NCBI GenBank assembly: GCA_012295275.1
Contig: CM022665.1
Coordinates: 23,188,001 to 23,252,000 of the forward strand
Reading direction: 5' to 3'
DNA: 64,000 nucleotides
DNA from: Chrysomallon squamiferum
Lineage: Eukaryota > Animalia > Mollusca
The notes beneath the pieces are model-generated. The model ran no database searches, was not told the origin of the DNA, and saw nothing but the letters and a program-made list of their open reading frames with translations. Positions within the stretch are counted from its first letter, which is position 1; each line of letters opens with the position of its first letter. Both the position numbers and the translations under genes were made by a program. Below are positions 1 to 14,239 of the stretch, in pieces.

Positions 1-97
1 ATGCATGCTGATTCAACTTGAAATGCAAAATTTAAAATCTATTTTTGTGGATTCACTAACGCATGAATAATAATATAAGGCATGAAAATAGCCCCTT

Positions 98-141
<44 letters not shown>

Positions 142-352
142 TATATTTGTACGCGCATGTATGTATGAACGTATGTTCATATGTGCGTGTGTGTGTTTGT
201 GTGTGTGTGTGTATGTGTGTGTTCTTGTACATACTATTTATGAATGCTTGTATTAAATATTTTCTAATTTATTTCATTCATTCATTGATTTAGTCTTCTT
301 CTTTTTCTTCTTGTTCTTCTTGTTCTTCTTCTTCCTCTTCTTATTCTTATCC

Positions 353-404
<52 letters not shown>

Positions 405-787
405 CATTGCCGCCAGTGCTCTTTAAATTTGTAAGAAATTTTATTTTAAGTCAACAGACTCTACAAATACCAATGGTTTCCTTAATCCATTCCTACAACC
501 ATTTAATTACAGAAATACAACAAACTAATTACAGAAGTCGTTGTCTGGACTATTTACTATTTTGATATTAAAGGTAAAAACTCATTAAAATACTTGTTCT
601 CCTTTTCTTCGATATTTTCCAGCCTGATATTAAAGGTAAATTTATTTGTGGGAAAAATGTTGTTCAATTATTCTTAACATGAACCACCCTAATCCAGTAT
701 CTTTTGAGATATTAAACACCAGATTTTTCTTAACACCGCCTAATCTTCTTCTGTTAGATGTTTTTTTTTTTTTTTTTTTTTTTTTTT

Positions 788-830
<43 letters not shown>

Positions 831-1177
831 ATTTAAGAAGTGTTTTGTATGAAAAAATAAGTAATGAAGGAATTTTTATATACGTTGACACGAAGTTGTC
901 ATTTTTAGAAGTATAATTTCAGAGTAGAGAGTTGTTTCTTATAACGATAAAAATATCTGTACTCAAAACTGCTTCCAGTAATCCTTCATAAACTGAAGAC
1001 TTATAAAGTTAATAATATTCGACAATCGAAAAAATAATAATAAAAATAAAAATATATATAAAAATATATATAAAAAATAAATAAATATAATAAATATTAA
1101 AAATGTTAGAATTAATAGTTTTCACAATAGTAAGTATTACTGTTTAAAAATATATTCTTATTTTATAATTCTTCTTC

Positions 1178-1217
<40 letters not shown>

Positions 1218-1616
1218 TATTATTATTATTATTATTTTCAGAAAAAGTGTAAAATACGCAAAAAAAAATGTGTAAATCAGTGAGAACGATAACAAAAATT
1301 AAAATTAAAATAATAATAATAATAATAATAATGATAATAATAATAATAATAAAACTATCATCAAGGTGATAATAAATATTATCGTGATAATCTTAAATAC
1401 TGAATGCAAAATAAATGCATCATTAATATAACATCACTGTTTGATAATGTCTAAATATAAAACGAAAGTCAAATGATAAAATAATGATAAATAAATATTT
1501 TTTTATGCTAGGCTATTGCATTTCATTTCCATTTTCATGTTAGCATTTTTTTTAATAATACTACTAATAAAAATAATATTCTGTATCTTCTTCTTTTTTC
1601 TTTTCTTCTTCTTCTT

Positions 1617-1647
<31 letters not shown>

Positions 1648-1862
1648 TTATTATTATTATTATTATTATCATCATTGGTATTTGTTGCTATTTGAATTTG
1701 TTAATGTTGTAGTACTTGTTGTTGTTCTTCTTATTAAAAGATTAACTTATTTATTTATTTATTTATTTTTTGGTCCGAGCAGAATCGTAATATGATTTTT
1801 TGTTTAAAATAACGCAAAACACAACAAACAACTACAACAACAACAACAACAACAACAACATC

Positions 1863-1916
<54 letters not shown>

Positions 1917-2826
1917 TATAATAATAATAATAATTAAGTAAATAAATTATTAAATAAATGACTAAATAAATAAATAATTAAAAAAACTATTAAATTCTTT
2001 TGGAGGGTGCTAAATTTATTTTCAATCATTATAAAATACGTATCTGCGTTTTAAACTTGTCTACATTTTATTTTTCTTATATATATTTTTTATTTATATA
2101 CAGACATAGGTAGTTTTCCTATTATACAATATATTACTTGTGTGCTGAAAACAACTTACCTCCGAAAAATATCCGAAATAAAATGATGATTCATGTAATA
2201 ATGATAATAAATAAATAAATAAATAAACAAACAAACAAACAAACAAATAAATAAACTTTATCTTACCAGTTTTTTCACAAGAAGATAACTTTATTTGTTA
2301 TAATTTCGGAAGCATTTCAGTTTAACCGCAGTAAAAAATAATAAATAAATATAATTAATATTTATATATATTTTCTTTTATTTCTTTTTTAAAATATCAA
2401 GTTTCTATTTGATAATTATTTTATAAAATTAATTTTCTTTTTTCTTGTTCTTTTTATAGATCTGGTGACAAGTGAAGATCATGTAATATTTGTAACATAA
2501 AAATACTGTTTCTGGTTATTTCATGGTTTGATTTTTTCCACAGTAAATAATATAAGCTAATATCGAAGAAGTAAAATAAATATAATCAGTTATGCAGAAA
2601 TAATATTTCTTATTAATTTCAATTCTACAATATAAAATTTGTGATTTAGAAAATGTTTTTTATTCAGTAAACTGTTTTATTAAATAAAATGAGAAACTGA
2701 ACATCATAATACCCAAACGATGAAACATTATTCTTATTAAATTTTAGTAAGTTATATATATATATTATTTTTTGGTGAAAACTATAGTAATAAAATTCAT
2801 TTCTGTCTGAAATCTGTCTTCTTCAA

Positions 2827-2897
<71 letters not shown>

Positions 2898-4481
2898 CAA
2901 CAACAATAACAATAATAAAAATAATAACAACAATAACAACAACAACAACAACAACAAAAATTATAAATAAATAAATCAAAATAATAAATCAAAAAACATA
3001 AATCAAATGAATACTTTTCATTCATATTTTTTCCCCGTAAAAATAAAGTATTCTTAATTATTAAGAGCAAAAAATGCTAATTCTTATTATTTATAAAATT
3101 CAAACTAGAAAAAATTCGGTGTTTATAGCTATAAGTCTTGTTTAATGTTATTAACATGTATTTTTTACTCATCTTGCTAGTGACTTCGGTCTGAAAAAGC
3201 TTTACGTGCTGTGGTTATTTTCTTCATTTTTCAGAAAACGAAATATTGTAATTTTAATCTAAATTTATTTGTCTGTCACCAGACCGAATCCAGGCCCCAG
3301 ACACCTGTCAGAAAACAACAGAAGCTGATCGGGATGACTTTCGCGATCATGGTCGTTGCATAGAAACTGCGAAAACTATACCTGTTGACGTTGTAGCTTG
3401 TTAATCCACCAGCCATTTAGGTTCCCTTCTGTAGATATTAATAAAACTAATTGGCATGGGCATTTACTGCAAAAATTATGTTATCATAATGGGCAGAATG
3501 GCTGACAGGATTATTGCTTCAGTATATACAATAAAGCTGCATGGGGTCGTCATAAGCATTGCAGTAGAAATCACAATTTGCGAACCCCATGACTCAGAAA
3601 CACAGCTCTCGCGAGATGATGCTTTTGTTCTGCTGACAGCCGTGGATATCTTCATTGGCTGGAGACGGATTCGGTCGTGAAAGACTTGGAGATAAATTGA
3701 TGATGATCGTTTCGTATGATAAAAGATTTGTACCCGTTTCACCGGGCCCCAAGAGGACGAATATCAGACTACATTATTCCAGAACCGTCTTCTTTCAAAC
3801 TTAATACCCTTGACAATCGATAATGCATTGATTCCCCAATAGGTGCTATATTTCGACCAATCCGTTTCAGTGGATGATGAAAAATAACCAACCGTGAAGT
3901 TAGTTACACTTCTATGACATCCGCACGGATCTATAGAGATTTCTCTATCTCCCCTTTGCTGTAATTATTGCCAGTTCCGTCTGAATGTGTCTGTCGTAAA
4001 TACAGTCATGTCATTATCATACATTAGATACAAAAACAAAAAAACAAAGAGAAAATTAGTTCCCTGTAAATACTGAGGGATTTATTGCTGTTGTTGTTGT
4101 TGTTGCTGTTGGGATGTTAAATTTATTATTAGAATTCAAATAATAATAGTACGTGGAGCAGCATCATGGGTTAAATTATTTTGTAATTTATTTTATTTTA
4201 TTTTAATTATTTAGTTGTTAATTCTATGTTTCTAATTTAGGGTACGCTAATTCATATGTTTGAATGAATTTCTAAATTCCTCTCATCAAACTGAATTAAA
4301 ATATAAAATTTAAATCTAAATAAATCAGATAAAAGGCATTTTGTAAAATAAAATAAAATAGATTATTTATATATTTACATATAATAATAATTATTATGAT
4401 GATAATGATGATGAGGAGGAGGATAATGAAAACTAAGTGTACAAATGAATTAATGAATTATTGTTATTATTGTTGTTGTTG

Positions 4482-4543
<62 letters not shown>

Positions 4544-4826
4544 AATCCACAGAATGTTGAGGTATTTTTACTTATTTAAATTATCAAACTATTTGTCAAA
4601 ACACGAACCGTTAATGTAATTAAATTTCGATTTTTTTTTCTTATATAATAATTGCAATAATTGTTTTTCAATTTAAATTTGATAATTACACTTTAAAATT
4701 ATGTACTAAATAATAACAACAACAACAACAACAATAATAATAATAGCAACAAACAGAATAAAAGTTGGACTGAGAGAGAAAGAAGTGAAAGAGAAGTGAG
4801 ATAACGACAGACACAGAGACATTCAC

Positions 4827-4827
<1 letters not shown>

Positions 4828-4914
<87 letters not shown>
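4828..4914. repeat. (AG)n microsatellite, representative of dozens of (AG)n, (AAT)n, (CA)n and poly-A/T tracts in the window
   Basis: Directly visible; other long tracts e.g. 7756-7816, 13635-13723, 16713-16806, 40832-40971, 57484-57596. Confidence 0.95.
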
Positions 4915-4916
<2 letters not shown>

Positions 4917-5234
4917 ATTTCAGTGCATATAATAATATCTCTTCTATTAATGGGTAGTAATTGTTTCAATATTAGTATTTGAACGACTATAATCTCAGCA
5001 GGTTAATAATTCCTGTATTTTCAACCAATCATGACAGGCTCCTTTCTGCATTTCTAAAGGTCATTTTTAACTTGTCTCTGCTATTTCCAAAGACTCACAG
5101 CCTTAATTGGCCAGTTTCTTTCAGAACAGCTCTGGATGATCAATTGAAACTATTTCAAATTTCCCCCGGATTTAGTGATTTTGCATAGCGAAAATCAACT
5201 GAACGCTTCATATCAAAATTGACCAGTATGAATA

Positions 5235-5273
<39 letters not shown>

Positions 5274-7753
5274 TTGTCCTACTTTCATAAATAGCAGCTG
5301 ATTAAAAACAAATTTAAAAATCACGAATATGCATTTTCATTACTTTTAGCCTACTTGTATGATGTTAAAGAACAAACACTTACTATCTATCACATGACGT
5401 TAATGGTCACTTAACATATATTTCCCATAAATCACAGACCCCTTGAATAATTTTGCCATTGTGCGCCATCTTGTGAGAACCATTACAGAGATACTGATGT
5501 CTAAGAAGATGTATGCTGACACCAGATAAAGTCTCCAACATTCATTATTTTAATGGACTTTTTTGGAATCCGAAACTACAGCTCATGTAAGGATTTGTAA
5601 AGAACGTATTCTCTTAAATGAAATACAGTGTTTCAGTATCTTTGAAAGATTCACGACCAGACCAATTGTTTCAAGCAAACATTTTACCTGAGCCACACTG
5701 GCAACTGATTAAACATCGCCTGTCGTTTTATTATTAAGCGTTTTGTATTGTTGTTTCAAGTTAAATTGCCGTGTTATTTTATAATTCTTTACTCATTAGC
5801 AAACAAAATGTTATTTCGATACTTTTTTAAAGTTAGCTTTTCTAATAATTGATTTAAAATGTAAAAAAAAATAATAATAATATTTTAGCAGTAACTAAAA
5901 TAACGAGATTATCTCTCGTAAATTACGTATGGTTCAATATTGTTTATTATGCTAGTTCCTTAGCAATAATAATAATAATAATAATAATTAATAAATAAAT
6001 AAATAACTATGATTACAATGATCACAATCATTAAAAATAATATTTATATATGAATGACTAAATGAATAAAATAAAATAATATTTTTCTGAAAGTTTCTAT
6101 TTTCAAACTATCCTTGTAAAGTTCTTAGCAGTTCTTTTTTATTTTTCTCAGAATTTCTTTTTTACCACTGAGCACCGATCCCACCCTCTATCTATATTTA
6201 AATCACTAAACTACATAAAAAGACTTCTGTCGCAAAATTTTCATTACATACTGTAATTTAAATTTATAATGACTAATAAATGTACTCAAAAGAATTTTAA
6301 ATTGTACTCGGTACGAAATCTTTCTCCCACTGAAAAAACAAAACAGCAACAAAAAACCAAAAAACAACAAAACAAAACAAAACAAAAAAACTCATGAAAT
6401 CTATGAATAATGTTTTATCAGCGTTTTTGTTCGTAATATAAAATAATGTTTTCGATAAAAAATATTACTGCTGTTAAAACCATTTTGTCTTTCACCAAGA
6501 ACAACATGCAGAGTTTAGAAACTCAATTGCCTTTAATGGACCAGGGCAGCGTTAAATCATCAGCCACAACAGAAAACTCGGTTTCATCTTGTTAGTCTAG
6601 TTTTCTAGAAATTGGAACGAATCTCATCTTATTTGGAGTTCTCTAATGGCCAATTTAACTGCACACCTTTTATTATTGCACATGTTAAACCTCTGCCAAT
6701 GTGCGTTCAGAGAAAGACTGAAAGGGTTAATTCTGTTCGATTCATGTTGATGAAATTGGCCAACTTCGTGTCATTTTATTTTCTTTTGTAAAAGCATCCA
6801 CGCAGATGATCCAAGTGGACATTATCGGGACAATAGTGAACATATTGCACCAAAACCAAACGATGGTCGGTTTTCAAACGCAATTTTAGACGCTTTCAGC
6901 ACTGCAATATTTAAGTCTCCATTTCCCAGCCCAATCATTTTTCTTTGTGTGTTAATAAATGGCTACACGGAGGAAATGCACCGACACTGAAATCCCTTTA
7001 CTATTATCTGTAACATCATTTATGATGGCATTCCGGCTGCCTAGTCGGGTAATCAACTACCTTTGTCCGTTAATAACGTGGTACATGGGCAAGGAATAAA
7101 ATGCGGACGACAAATCACCTATATGTGATAACAGACAATCAGTTGCCTATTCATCCCTGGAATCCAATTGGCGTATAACACGATGCTTAAATTTGATCAC
7201 TCTTTTCACATCTCCGGGGATTTCTCTACCAACCTTAAACCAAATGCATTATCAAGAATTTTATTCATTGTGCGAGTAAATCTTTACCGATCCATTGTGC
7301 AATATCATTTTCCAATTAGCTGGTCCATAGGCCACCCTTGACGATATCTCAATATTCGTACAAATATTATATTTAATAATATTTAGAAATATACGGCCTG
7401 TCATTCCGACTAGTTATTTTTCCCATTCCCTCGAGTCTTGTGTTGTTCGCAAAGTTTTCTAAGATTCGAGATAACGATTATCCTGATAACTTGATTCTAT
7501 CACACGCGTTTTGTGTTAGAGTTAAACAAATCAAAGCTACACTGGTTTACAAAAGATTCATTACAGCTATATCAGGCAATATTCATAACTTTGGTGATTA
7601 AATACAGCATTTCTATTCAAGAATGATACAAAAGGATACTTCTCAATTTTGGGTATTATCATTAAATTATGATATAGCCTGAAAGAAAACAGAAATAAAA
7701 AAAGGAAACGAGAATGGGACGATGATAGCCCGAAATGATAACATAATTGAGCA

Positions 7754-7820
<67 letters not shown>

Positions 7821-9776
7821 AAGCGTTGGAGAAAAAAACCTACTCAACAAACAATAATATTCAAGCACGCGTCCATATGAAATATACGTATACACGAAAG
7901 TGCGCAAAGGTATGCAAAGCTGAACACACATGCACTTGGATATGCAGAAAAAAAAGTATGACAAATATCCTTATTAATAACAATGTTCTGTTTCCGCTGC
8001 TTGGAGATCAGAGAAAGAACTGAGTACGGCTTATTTCGTTTTAATACTGAAAAGTAATATTAATATTAGGTAAAATATTGTATTAAAAAGTCTGTTATCA
8101 ACAACCCACTCAGTAAATAAAACCAGTGCAATACCTGTGATCGAGGTAAGTGATAACAAAAATACTGATGCAGAAACAAAATAATTAACAATATCACATG
8201 TAATATAGCAATATAATTTATTTGAATATCATCAGATAATATCTACATTGTTATTTCAGAAATGAATACGCTGTTTTCTGTCACAGGGTGCATTTTCAAA
8301 GCGCCTCTGAAAACAGCCACATAACCATGACGCCTGTTATTAAATTCTGTAATAGCTGACTGATTTTGGAAGCCTTTGTTATATAATTTAGATAAAACGG
8401 ACTCAAGCTATATTCATAAATTTATCTTTGAAGAAAAATATCAATGTTTATTTTTAAAATTTTACATCAATTAGTATTAATTTGTTTCCCAGTCCAAGCA
8501 GTGATCAGTCAGTTTTTCAGTGTCGTTTTATTTTCTTCTTCTGTCGTACATTCCGTGATACCGATCTCTGCTTGAAAATAAATAATAATTTGTAAAGATA
8601 AATATTAATCAAAATAACATCAATTTGAGGATCAAAATAACATCAAAGTATTTAAAATAATAATAATAATAATACTACTACTAATAATAATAATAATAAT
8701 TATAATAATAAATTAAAAAACAACAACAAGGTAAGTGAAATTGTTTGTTCGCGTGTTGTCCCATCCTTGCATTTTCATTTAATCAAAGATAGAGAAACAC
8801 GGACGTTTTGGTAGCTTCCGTAACATTCATCCGTACAGACTTAAAAACACAAATATTACCATTAATATGAACGTAATGAATCGTTAAAGGGCAGAAGTGT
8901 ATAGTTATAGGATAAATAACTTTCCTCTTTCACGCCATTTACTACATATGTTGGCTTAAAGTATGCAACACGTTGTCGTAAGGCGCGATATAGACGATTT
9001 GATACCAACATTAAAATAACAAGCATTGTGCTGCAGGCTATGGAGCTGTTTTCCTGATAGAACTTTACACCATTAAATGGGCACAGGATGGCTCGGCCGC
9101 CTTATCAGCTACGCAGAAATAGTTCCTGGCTGTTCAGCTTAATTGATATATCAGCCGCAGGACAGACAAGGGTAAGCAAATATCGGAGAGATCAGATCAC
9201 AGATGCATTTAATATACAATTTAACGCTTTGTCACGCCTTGTGGTCAAATATTTTTAGCGGTTCGTTGGATGTTTCTGATGCATCAGATGACGCCCTTTT
9301 AAGAATGACATCCCGGTTCTTTCACCAACTGACGAGAACAAAAGAACAACAAAAAATAAAAGACAGTTCAAAGGGTACGAATAGATACCTAGGCTAACTC
9401 CTATCAATAATAAAATATTAATGTTCTCACTCGTTTTTATTTTCAGTTTCTCTTTTCCGTCTCTGAAGGTAGGTTCGCTTCGTATTTTGAGCTTTAGCAG
9501 AAAAAAAAAAAAAAAAAAAAAATAAAAAAGTTTTAAAATGTATCATTGGAATAAAACTGTAAAGAACACAGCCTTTGAAAACGGATTCTCTTTTTTTTTT
9601 CTTTTTTCGCTGTTGCTTAACATCACTGATCCTGATCAAGCAATAATGATTTATTTATATAAGTCTTATTGTTTACGAAGTCAGTTTTATTTACAATTTT
9701 TTTGTGTCTGATCTGCGTATCCATGACCGAAGCAGCGTGATTATAATGTCAAAAAAAAAAAAAAAAATAATAATAA

Positions 9777-9817
<41 letters not shown>

Positions 9818-10335
9818 AAATATATATATAAAAAAAAAGAAATAGCTTTAATCAAAAAAGTTTATGTTTGCCTTTTAAATTAAAGGAAAAAAATAAAACA
9901 TAAATAAATAATAATAATAATAATAATTTAAAGAAGTAAGCAATAATATAAATATTTCGTAATTTAAGTTTAACTCTACAGTAAACTTTCGGCTAGGATT
10001 TCGGGGTGAAATGTACATTTACCTTTATTACAAAATACAAAATACTGACGAATAAAAAAAAATGTCCTGACGTCAAATATATATTAATTATTAAGGGAAA
10101 AACTAAAGCCAAGTACGAGCATTATCAGTGAATATACAAGTTTGTTTAACAGATAAATATAAACAAGTAAATTATGATTCAATAATGTTGGCAGATATTT
10201 TTTATCCTGTCGATCAGCTTTCTCAGATAATAATAATAGTAATAAAATGAAGAAAAATAGGCTAACACAAATACCGCCATGATTTAACTAACATCTTTAA
10301 AATATATATATATATATATATAAATATATGTAATA

Positions 10336-10366
<31 letters not shown>

Positions 10367-10585
10367 GCAACAACAATAAAAAAAATTAAAAAATAAAAAA
10401 AAGAAAAAAAAGAGTAAAAGAAGACAAGGGCAGAGAACTGGTTTGTAAATTTAGGACCGAAAAATGATAACAGTTATCTCCCTCGTTTAGATTAAAAACT
10501 AAATAAGCTGTTCTTTTTCAAAGTTTATTAACGATACAAATTTTACATTCGGAAGGTCTTTAAACAATATTTCAAGGCTAAGAAA

Positions 10586-12154
10586 TTATACATGCGGATA
10601 GGCACGGTGAACTTTATGTAAGCAATTCACGACCATCTGAGCATTTCCCACACAGACGTATGCCACGTAAGTCAGATGATGACTGCTTCCATCAGCGTAT
10701 TTGTTTTTCATAAAGACAACATTCCACTTATTGGTCTTCTGAGCATAATTACCACCAAAATTAAACATTCCGTAGTACATTCTTCTGTCAGAATCTTGAC
10801 CACCGGGAGCATAGGCCCCGATAGCAAACTGATTGTCAGGCGTGAGCATTACTGCCGGCAAATAAGCATTGCCATCAGGCACCAGTTCATTTCTTGCTGG
10901 GTCATAGCGCTTCTTCACTGTAAAATCGCCAGTCATGTAACCTGTAGGGGCCTCAAAATTCATGAATTCGTAAGCTGGCCAGTGACCTTTGATATCGAAC
11001 CCGGAAATGAACTTTATGCAGTTATCCAGTCCAGCGCAGCCAATTTCCAACGATTTGGAAAAGACGTACGGGTAGGTGTTTTGAGTATTAATGGCTGGAG
11101 AGTCCTTCCCGCAGCGTGATCCTGAACCCACCGTTTGGTGATCTCCAACTCTGAGCCAGAAAGCTGGTCGAACCTGTTGGGTAGGAAATTGGATATTCTA
11201 GTGCATAATGTACACCCTTTGGAGAAAATACTTGGTTGATGCCTACCTTTTTCAAAATATCACGGCAAAGCTGCTACAGTATTGTCAGTTAATACAAGGT
11301 GTTTTAAATGGATAAAATGTATTCGAAATTTATAATTTTTGAATTTAAAAAATAATGTAAAAAAAAAAAAAGAAATTGTTCGGGGCCGTTTTTATGTTAA
11401 TTATCATCATTATTTTATATAAATAATGTTTTTACTTTTTGCACTCGCCAGTACTGAATTGTGATTACATACACCCTGGTTACTACAAGCGTACCACAGT
11501 TTCACAAATATCTGTTCTAATGCATGTTCGCTAGTTAGGATATTTTTTTCCATTTCAATATCATCTTTTTTAATCTGACGTAGTTCATTATTTATTAATT
11601 TTCACTGTAATTTTTCATCGTTATCATCACTATCATAATTATTTTGTTACTGTAATACGATACTTTTATGACTGACTCTTCTAATATAGCTTACTGATGA
11701 TTTCAAGGTTCTTCCAGATGCAGATACTCCTTGCAGTAAAGACTTGGTACCGCTGGAGGTACCATCATCTCTACCGCCAGCCTCTGTTGGGTTGAAACAT
11801 TCACCGTTTGGAGGCGCATTGACGGCCATCTGCATTTCTCTGCCGTGGTCCCAAGCGTTTATAAACTCTTTGTGATTCCACACCAAACTGTCGACTGCAC
11901 CCGCCATTGTAGCTGATGCACTGATAAAGAGGTCCTTGCCATTTGATATTGTCCATCGTCCTTCGAATCCACCCTCGACGTAGCCTATTCTGTGCTCCGT
12001 TTGTCCGTATGTCAGATAATGTTCAATTGCATGGTGATAATCATGAGCAAACGCTTTTGCAAGGTCTGGATATCTGATCAGAAAGGAAGGTTTAATTTGT
12101 TAGCTATCTGTCCAGAAAGTTTCCATTGTTGTTAATACTTTAAGAGTACATACC

Positions 12155-12233
<79 letters not shown>

Positions 12234-12498
12234 TACTAGTACGAAAGTTTCTGTGGTTACCTTTGCAAATACTGTTTCGAGTGAAAGTTTCCACTTCCTT
12301 GTCTGCCCTCACTAATGCCCCTAGTTAACCAGTGGTGTTTTGCGGCATGTGTCGAATGCAGATGTTTGAGATCCGAATGAATATTCACATAGAATACAGG
12401 GTCAAAGACAAGATTCGAACTATAATCAACGGAGGCTGAAATCAGAAGAATATTTTAGAACTATACCCAGTAGTATTCGATTTAGAAATCTGATAAAC

Positions 12499-12552
<54 letters not shown>

Positions 12553-12747
12553 AATAATAATAATAATAACCACAAAACAATAACAATAACAAATACTTTA
12601 ATAATAACAACAATAACAATAACAACAACAACAATAATAACAATAATAATAATAATAATAATAACAATAATTAAAAAAATAATGACCTGCAATGTGGTCC
12701 ACTGCAAGGATCAGCAGAGCATTTACATAAAAATATGTGTTCTTCAT
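10586..12747 (-). CDS. Gene A: secreted uncharacterised 400-aa protein with two N-terminal FD..FY/YPDL..HY..G..E.R repeats and a bacterial-like C-terminal domain
   Basis: Exons 12747-12687, 12435-12261, 12073-11695, 11173-10586; all GT-AG, phases 1/2/0, total 1203 nt. Protein MKNTYFYVNALLILAVDHIAASVDYSSNLVFDPVFYVNIHSDLKHLHSTHAAKHHWLTRGISEGRQGSGNFHSKQYLQRYPDLAKAFAHDYHHAIEHYLTYGQTEHRIG...GAVDSLVWNHKEFINAWDHGREMQ...NPTEAGG...HRAYPHV*. Includes track ORFs 11647..11907 and 10586..11131. AATAAA (minus) at 10524-10529. Confidence 0.9.
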
Positions 12748-12829
12748 TAGGAATCTTGAGAAAATAATTATTCTGTCAGATATAACAGAGTTTTTATCTG
12801 TAATATCACACCTGTTACACTTCTCATAC

Positions 12830-12900
12830 CATGCGAAGAAACAGATAGCAAAAAAGTGAACTAGTAAACTGGACAGAGAACGGGTGATTTTAGTTATATA
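12830..12900 (-). promoter_or_regulatory. Putative core promoter and non-coding first exon of gene A
   Basis: TATATAA at 12900-12894, Inr-like CCAGTT about 30 nt downstream (12872-12867), donor GTATGA at 12829. Inferred from spacing only. Confidence 0.5.
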
Positions 12901-12983
12901 AATAATCTAACAAATTAACAATAGTAATAATATTAAAAATATTTATTGATCCAAAACGATTTATTGTCAGTGAGTGTTATTAC

Positions 12984-13044
<61 letters not shown>

Positions 13045-13099
13045 TTAAAGCCGAAATATATATTTGTTTGTATGTTTGAACAATTATAATATAATTACC

Positions 13100-13240
13100 T
13101 GTTATGGAATACTCTGTCACCACTCTCTGGGCTACTCTTTCAAATTAGCAGCAGAATTTTTGTTTATATGTATATTATTATTATAACAGACAGCTAACAT
13201 ATATCTGTTACTTGGAGAATCCATTCTGGAGCATTAGTTA
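13100..13240 (+). repeat. Decayed dispersed repeat, related copies near 24990-25130 and 50045-50180
   Basis: Shared core ct.ttt...att/atgagcagca...ttt.tatg; from memory it resembles an abundant gastropod interspersed repeat; not verified. Confidence 0.35.
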
Positions 13241-13632
13241 GAAAATGAAAATGAGAACGTTCTGTCTGCGCTTTAATCGTAAAAAGTGATAAATAAATTT
13301 AAAAAAAATATCCAGGTATGTAATACTAGTGGGTGTTCCTCTGTGTGTGTGTGTGTCTGTAAAATAACTTTTCCAAAGACAGAAATATTTAACCGCAGAG
13401 CTTTAGTCAATTACTAAAATTCCAATATTACGTCAACAACAGAAACACGAACAATATCAATAGCAGCAGTCTTAACAACGATATCAACAACAGCAGAATG
13501 AATTAGAGAAAATAATACGCCCAATGTCTGTAACTTGTTAGTCTCACATAAATACATATCAGAGTTATCTACCCTCGTCAGCATTACGGATTTAATATAT
13601 TATATCAGACAGAATATTTATGTCTCGGTAAT

Positions 13633-13727
<95 letters not shown>

Positions 13728-14207
13728 TTTGTATCAATTAAACTTGGCTTGTTTTTTTCTATAATTATACATGCATATTTTACGCAGGTTTCATAAATAT
13801 ATATATTAAGATGTGTTTCCAGAATTGAAAATAACATTCTTTCTTTAATGAATTAATAGTTCTTACGCTGTCTACTAGAATTAGAAATTGTTACATATAG
13901 GCTTAAATCTTTTCCATTATGTGCCATCAATAACAACCAGCCATTTGAGAATTAAAAAAACAAATCTATCATCTGTTCCCCTCCTTCCCCACCACAACCT
14001 TACAGACCTTAACTAACGTTCCTTTAGTTCTTAAAAACCCCATTTAAAACAAGACACACACAAACAAACAAATACTAATAATATTAATAATAATAATAAT
14101 AATAATATTATTAACTTTAAAACAAAGAAGGAAAACAGAAAATTATATAAAAGAAAATTAACGAGAGTCTTCCATAATAAATAAGAGAAAAACACGCGGA
14201 ACTCGAG

Positions 14208-14239
<32 letters not shown>

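Noticed and set aside
3456-3742. Overlapping 74-aa (+) and 88-aa (-) ORFs
   Set aside because: No recognisable motif and no consistent exon chain found; kept only as part of the non-coding island finding.
10676-11119. 147-aa plus-strand ORF
   Set aside because: Antisense shadow of the last exon of gene A.
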